Source: Acinetobacter wanghuae (GTDB taxonomy: Bacteria > Pseudomonadota > Gammaproteobacteria > Pseudomonadales > Moraxellaceae). From it: a DNA stretch of 32,000 nt. Of this stretch, positions 27,940 through 32,000 are shown piece after piece. Where the stretch lies: assembly GCF_009557235.1 (NCBI RefSeq), contig NZ_CP045650.1, positions 2,460,001-2,492,000 of the forward strand, read 5' to 3'. Within the stretch, counting starts at the first letter, position 1; every line of letters begins with the position of its first letter. The position numbers and the translations under genes were made by a program. A model generated the notes under the pieces. That model was not told where the DNA came from and ran no database searches. It saw only the letters and a program-made list of their open reading frames with translations.

Positions 27940-29601
27940 TTAACCACCAATTTTGCGGTATTTCTGACGCTTCGCAACAAGGTCATCACCATCACGTTTT
28001 TGACGGTATGCTTCAAACTCAGCATAGTTACCTGTAAAGAATTCAGGTGTTTGACCTTCAAATGACAAGATGTGCGTTGCAATACGGTCAAGGAACCAAC
28101 GGTCATGCGAGATCACCATTACTGTACCCGGGAAGACCAGAATCGCATCTTCAAGCGCACGTAAAGTTTCGATATCCAAGTCGTTCGATGGTTCATCGAG
28201 TAGGATGACGTTTGCGCCCATTTGCAGGATTTTCGCAAGTTGTAAACGGTTACGCTCACCACCTGACAATTGACCTACGCGTTTTTGCTGATCTTGACCT
28301 TTGAAGTTAAAGCGACCGATATACGCACGAGATGCGATTTCGTATTCACCAATCTTCAAGATATCTAAACCACCAGACACTTCTTCCCAAACGGTTTTGT
28401 TGTCATCTAAGGTGTCACGAATCTGACCGACATAAGCAACTTTCACCGAATCACCAAGTACCACAGTACCTGTATCTGGTTGTTGTTCGCCTGTCATCAT
28501 ACGGAATAGTGTAGTCTTACCTGCACCGTTCTCACCGACAATACCAACAATGGCAGCAGGTGGGACAACGAATGATAAATCTTTATAAAGCGTACGATCA
28601 CCAAATGATTTACTGATGCCTTCAACTTCTACAACCTTATTCCCTAGGCGTGGACCAGGTGGAATGTAGATTTCAGAGGTTTCGTTACGCTGTTGGAATT
28701 CGCGTGAGTTAAGCTCTTCAAAACGCTCCATACGCGCTTTGTTTTTCTTTTGCTGACCTTTGGCATTTGAACGAACCCATTCAAGTTCTTTTTTCAATGC
28801 TTTAGCAAAAGATTCTTCTTGCTTGTTCTCTTGCTCTAGACGCGCATTTTTCTGCTCTAACCAAGAAGAATAGTTACCTTGATATGGAATACCCATACCG
28901 CGGTCAAGCTCAAGAATCCATTCAGCCACGTTATCCAAGAAATAACGGTCATGCGTAATCGCAACGATGGTACCTGAGAAGTCTTTCAAGAAACGTTCTA
29001 ACCAAGATACAGATGATGCATCCAAATGGTTCGTCGGTTCATCGAGAAGCAACATATCTGGTTTAGACAACAGTAAGCGACAAAGTGCAACACGACGGCG
29101 TTCACCACCTGAAAGCAACTTCACATCTGCATCCCAAGCTGGAAGGTTTAATGCCGCAGCAGCTTGATCCATTTGGTTGACAATATTATGTGCATCCCAA
29201 GCATGGATAATCGCTTCTAGCTTTTCTTGCTCTTTTGCAAGTGCATCAAAATCAGCGTCTTCAGCTGCATATTCTGCAAACACTTCGTCAAGACGTGCCA
29301 AAGCGTCAAGTGGTTCACGTAAACCATCTTCAACGTTACCACGAACATCTTTAGTTTCATCTAAAGGTGGCTCTTGCTCTAGATAACCGATTTTAATACC
29401 CGGTTGTGCACGCGCTTCACCAGAGAAATCTTTATCTACGCCCGCCATAATACGAAGCAAGGTAGATTTACCTGCACCGTTTAAACCAAGCACACCAATT
29501 TTTGCACCTGGGAAAAATGATAAAGAGATGTCTTTTAAGATTTCGCGTTTCGGCGGAACCATTTTCGACACACGGTTCATCGTGTAAATATATTGGGCCA
29601 C
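27940..29601 (-). CDS. ettA: Energy-dependent translational throttle protein (ABC-F ATPase), GTG start
   Basis: 553 aa. The N-terminus MAQYIYTMNRVSKMVPPKREILKDISLSFFPGAKIGVLGLNGAGKSTLLRIMAG is collinear with E. coli EttA. It has two ABC cassettes (Walker A GLNGAGKST and GENGAGKTT; signatures LSGGERRR and LSGGERNR). GAGGAG lies 6 nt upstream of the GTG. Confidence 0.93.
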   Translation of the reverse strand: MAQYIYTMNRVSKMVPPKREILKDISLSFFPGAKIGVLGLNGAGKSTLLRIMAGVDKDFSGEARAQPGIKIGYLEQEPPLDETKDVRGNVEDGLREPLDALARLDEVFAEYAAEDADFDALAKEQEKLEAIIHAWDAHNIVNQMDQAAAALNLPAWDADVKLLSGGERRRVALCRLLLSKPDMLLLDEPTNHLDASSVSWLERFLKDFSGTIVAITHDRYFLDNVAEWILELDRGMGIPYQGNYSSWLEQKNARLEQENKQEESFAKALKKELEWVRSNAKGQQKKNKARMERFEELNSREFQQRNETSEIYIPPGPRLGNKVVEVEGISKSFGDRTLYKDLSFVVPPAAIVGIVGENGAGKTTLFRMMTGEQQPDTGTVVLGDSVKVAYVGQIRDTLDDNKTVWEEVSGGLDILKIGEYEIASRAYIGRFNFKGQDQQKRVGQLSGGERNRLQLAKILQMGANVILLDEPSNDLDIETLRALEDAILVFPGTVMVISHDRWFLDRIATHILSFEGQTPEFFTGNYAEFEAYRQKRDGDDLVAKRQKYRKIGG

Positions 29602-29909
29602 GTAGGACTCCTCAATAGTAAAACTAGAATGGGACGCAACTGCCGCCCCTGCTCAAAAAAGAGCGAAAAAATAATCGGCTATTATACGCAGAATATGCTG
29701 AAAACATAAGCCATAGATGCGAACTTCAATCTCTTGTAACAAGTTTATTTTAGATTGTTTTTTAATCAGTATTAAAAATACGCTTTTTAAACCCAAATAC
29801 GACTTGTTTAGCATGAATAAAGATAAATATTTCGCTAAAAGTTCACTTTTTGATATATATGATAATGCTACACTCAACGTATAAATGAAACACAACAAGA
29901 GCATTTAAA

Positions 29910-31188
29910 ATGACCTATAAAGCCGAAACCCTTGCCATTCATGCAGGTTATAGCCCTGAAGCAACCACCAAAGCCGTTGCCGTACCCATTTATCAAACCA
30001 CTTCTTATGCCTTTGACAATACGCAACATGGTGCTGATCTTTTTGATCTTAAAGTTGCAGGAAATATTTATACGCGCATTATGAATCCGACCACGGCAGT
30101 GCTTGAACAGCGTGTTGCTGCACTTGAAGGTGGTATTGGCGCGTTAGCTTTAGCATCGGGCATGGCAGCCATTACCTATGCCATTCAAACCATTGCCGAA
30201 GCAGGCGATAATATTGCATCCGTTTCGACGCTGTATGGCGGGACTTATAATTTATTTGCACACACCTTACCCAAACAAGGTATTGAAGTTCGTTTCTTCG
30301 ATTATCAAAAACCAGAAAGCTTACGTGATTTAATTGATGCAAAAACCAAATTGGTTTTTGTTGAATCGATTGGTAATCCGCTTGGCAATATTATCGACTT
30401 AGAAGAAATTGCAAAAATTGCCCATGAATATGGCGTACCTGTCATTGTCGATAATACGGTGGCAACGCCTGTCCTACAAAAATCATTCGATTTCGGTGCG
30501 GACATTGTGGTGCATTCACTGACTAAAATATATTGGCGGTCACGGTAATTCGATTGGTGGGATCATTGTCGACAGTGGTAAATTTCCATGGGGCAAACAC
30601 GCAGAACGCTTCCCCGCTTTAAATACTCCTGATCCAAGTTATCACGGTGTAAATTACGTGGAAGCATTAGGCGAAGCCGCTTATATTGCGCGTGCCCGCG
30701 TGGTGCCACTACGTAATACAGGCGCTGCGATCAGCCCGCAAAATGTCTTTTTGATTCTGCAAGGTTTAGAAACTTTAAGTTTACGTATGGAACGTCATAC
30801 TGAAAATGCGCTTAAGGTCGCTGAATATTTACAAGCGCATCCAAAAGTGAAATGGGTCAATTACGCAGGACTTAAAGATCACCCACAGCATGCTTTGGCT
30901 CAAAAATACGTGAAGGGTAAACCTTCTGCAATTTTGACCTTCGGGGTACAAGATGGACGCGAGGGCGGCACACGCTTTATTGATGCACTACAATTATTTA
31001 CCCGTTTGGTGAATATTGGTGATGCAAAAAGCTTAGCCTGTCACCCTGCAACCACGACTCATCGTCAGTTGAATGCGGAAGAACTGAAATCAGCAGGTGT
31101 CAGTGAAGATATGGTTCGTTTATCGATTGGTATCGAGCATATTGATGATTTAATTGCAGATTTAGAACAAGCGCTCGCAACGGTTTAA
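29910..31188 (+). pseudogene. metY: O-acetylhomoserine sulfhydrylase (PLP-dependent), +1 frameshift at the PLP-lysine codon
   Basis: Two track ORFs (29910-30548 and 30658-31188) are the N- and C-terminal parts of one Cys/Met-metabolism PLP enzyme. The second frame is open back to 30529. Removing one A from AAAA (30525-30528) restores [29 protein letters not shown].... The span is 1279 nt, which is 3n+1. Confidence 0.85.
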
Positions 31189-31219
31189 ATTCAAGTAAGC
31201 ATCAAGTCCAAAATTAGAC

Positions 31220-31248
31220 GCCACTCGAAAGAATGGCATTTTTTATTT
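31220..31248 (+). terminator. Rho-independent terminator after metY
   Basis: GCCACTC-GAAA-GAATGGC (one mismatch, GNRA-type loop) followed by ATTTTTTATTTT. Confidence 0.65.
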
Positions 31249-31479
31249 TCAAGCAAAAGTCATTTGCAATTTCTTTCATTTGTGATAAAAGTTAAATGAA
31301 AAAGCGAGTAAAAATAGAGCATTTACTCTAAAATTTATTTATTTTTCAATAGCTTAATGTTTTGATTTTTTCTTAGAATTGGCTATCATCATTGTATTCA
31401 AAATGCTTCTCTTTCAAATTATATTTGCCAGAACATTTTATAAAAATGATTTCAACTCACTTTCATGAGGAAGCCTGAC

Positions 31480-32000
31480 GTGAAAGCTAAACTACAGAAA
31501 AAATTGCAAGAAAAAGTAAATGGTAAAACCATCTTAATTACAGGTGCTTCAAGCGGTATCGGACTCACAACAGCCTATCGATTAGCCGATGCAGGCGCAC
31601 ATATTTTACTAGTTGCGCGAACCAAAGACACCTTAAATCAAGTCAAACAAGAGATTGAAGCCAAAGGTGGTAAAGCGTCTGTTTTCCCGTGTGATTTAAA
31701 TGACATGGACTCCATTGATGCGGTTTCCAAACAAATTATTGCCACTGTCGATCAAATTGATATTTTAATTAATAACGCAGGGCGTTCAATCCGCCGTGCG
31801 GTACATGAATCGACCGATCGTTTTCACGACTTTGAACGCACGATGCAACTCAATTATTTTGGTTCAGTACGTTTAATTTTAAATATTTTACCGCAAATGA
31901 TGATTCGTCGTGATGGGCATATTATCAACATCAGCTCGATTGGTGTTTTAGCAAATGCGACCCGTTTCTCAGCTTATGTAGCATCAAAAGCAGCACTCGA
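31480..32000 (+). CDS. acr1: SDR-family reductase, Acr1-like fatty acyl-CoA reductase; 5' part, continues past the right edge
   Basis: The frame is open to the window end. It has TGASSGIG (NAD(P)-binding), NNAG and SAYVASK (YxxxK). The stretch INNAGRSIRRAVHES.DRFHDFERTMQLNYFG...INISSIGVLANATRFSAYVASKAAL matches my memory of Acinetobacter Acr1. The GTG at 31480 has GAGGAAG upstream. An in-frame ATG at 31465 is an alternative start. Confidence 0.65.
   Translation, partial: MKAKLQKKLQEKVNGKTILITGASSGIGLTTAYRLADAGAHILLVARTKDTLNQVKQEIEAKGGKASVFPCDLNDMDSIDAVSKQIIATVDQIDILINNAGRSIRRAVHESTDRFHDFERTMQLNYFGSVRLILNILPQMMIRRDGHIINISSIGVLANATRFSAYVASKAAL

Noticed and set aside
29653-29904. 83-aa minus-strand ORF in the ettA-metY intergenic region
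   Set aside because: It is an AT-rich spacer giving a Leu/Ile/Lys/Phe-rich translation. There is no SD, and it overlaps the expected metY promoter region. It is most likely non-coding.
1-32000. Scan for CRISPR repeats, toxin-antitoxin pairs, restriction-modification, retron or reverse-transcriptase, phage integrase at tRNA-Glu, or other defence or novel multi-gene systems
   Set aside because: There are no regularly spaced repeats and no integrase or att-like duplication of the tRNA 3' end. Every ORF over 150 aa has a confident housekeeping or IS assignment. The only uncharacterised genes are four small, separately terminated ORFs that do not form an operon.

Overview
This AT-rich window looks like Acinetobacter (Moraxellaceae) chromosome, judged from protein sequences and synteny; no database search was possible. 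It is almost entirely core housekeeping DNA. From left to right, the minus strand carries the 5' part of gltB (runs off the window), then a DamX-like SPOR protein, aroB, aroK and pilQPONM. Divergent from pilM is ponA (PBP1a) on the plus strand. Next come rlmA and the proximal half of the dcw cluster on the minus strand (mraY, murF, murE, ftsI, ftsL, rsmH), with no mraZ and nothing beyond mraY. A short accessory-looking patch follows (about 20.4-25.1 kb). It holds an orphan membrane protein, two tandem Sbp/CysP sulfate-binding paralogues (one frameshifted), an orphan secreted protein and an IS982-family insertion sequence. After that come gltX, tRNA-Glu(UUC), a small split zinc-ribbon membrane protein, a Sel1-repeat protein, ettA, a frameshifted metY and the 5' part of an Acr1-like SDR reductase (runs off the window). 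I found no CRISPR array, no toxin-antitoxin or defence-type operon, no prophage and no unexplained multi-gene cluster, so I cannot support a novel biological system here. The points most worth a second look are two single-A frameshifts in sulfur-assimilation genes, the IS insertion that separates a small ORF from its apparent terminator just upstream of gltX, a perfect sigma54 core promoter upstream of gltB, and two small uncharacterised proteins after tRNA-Glu.
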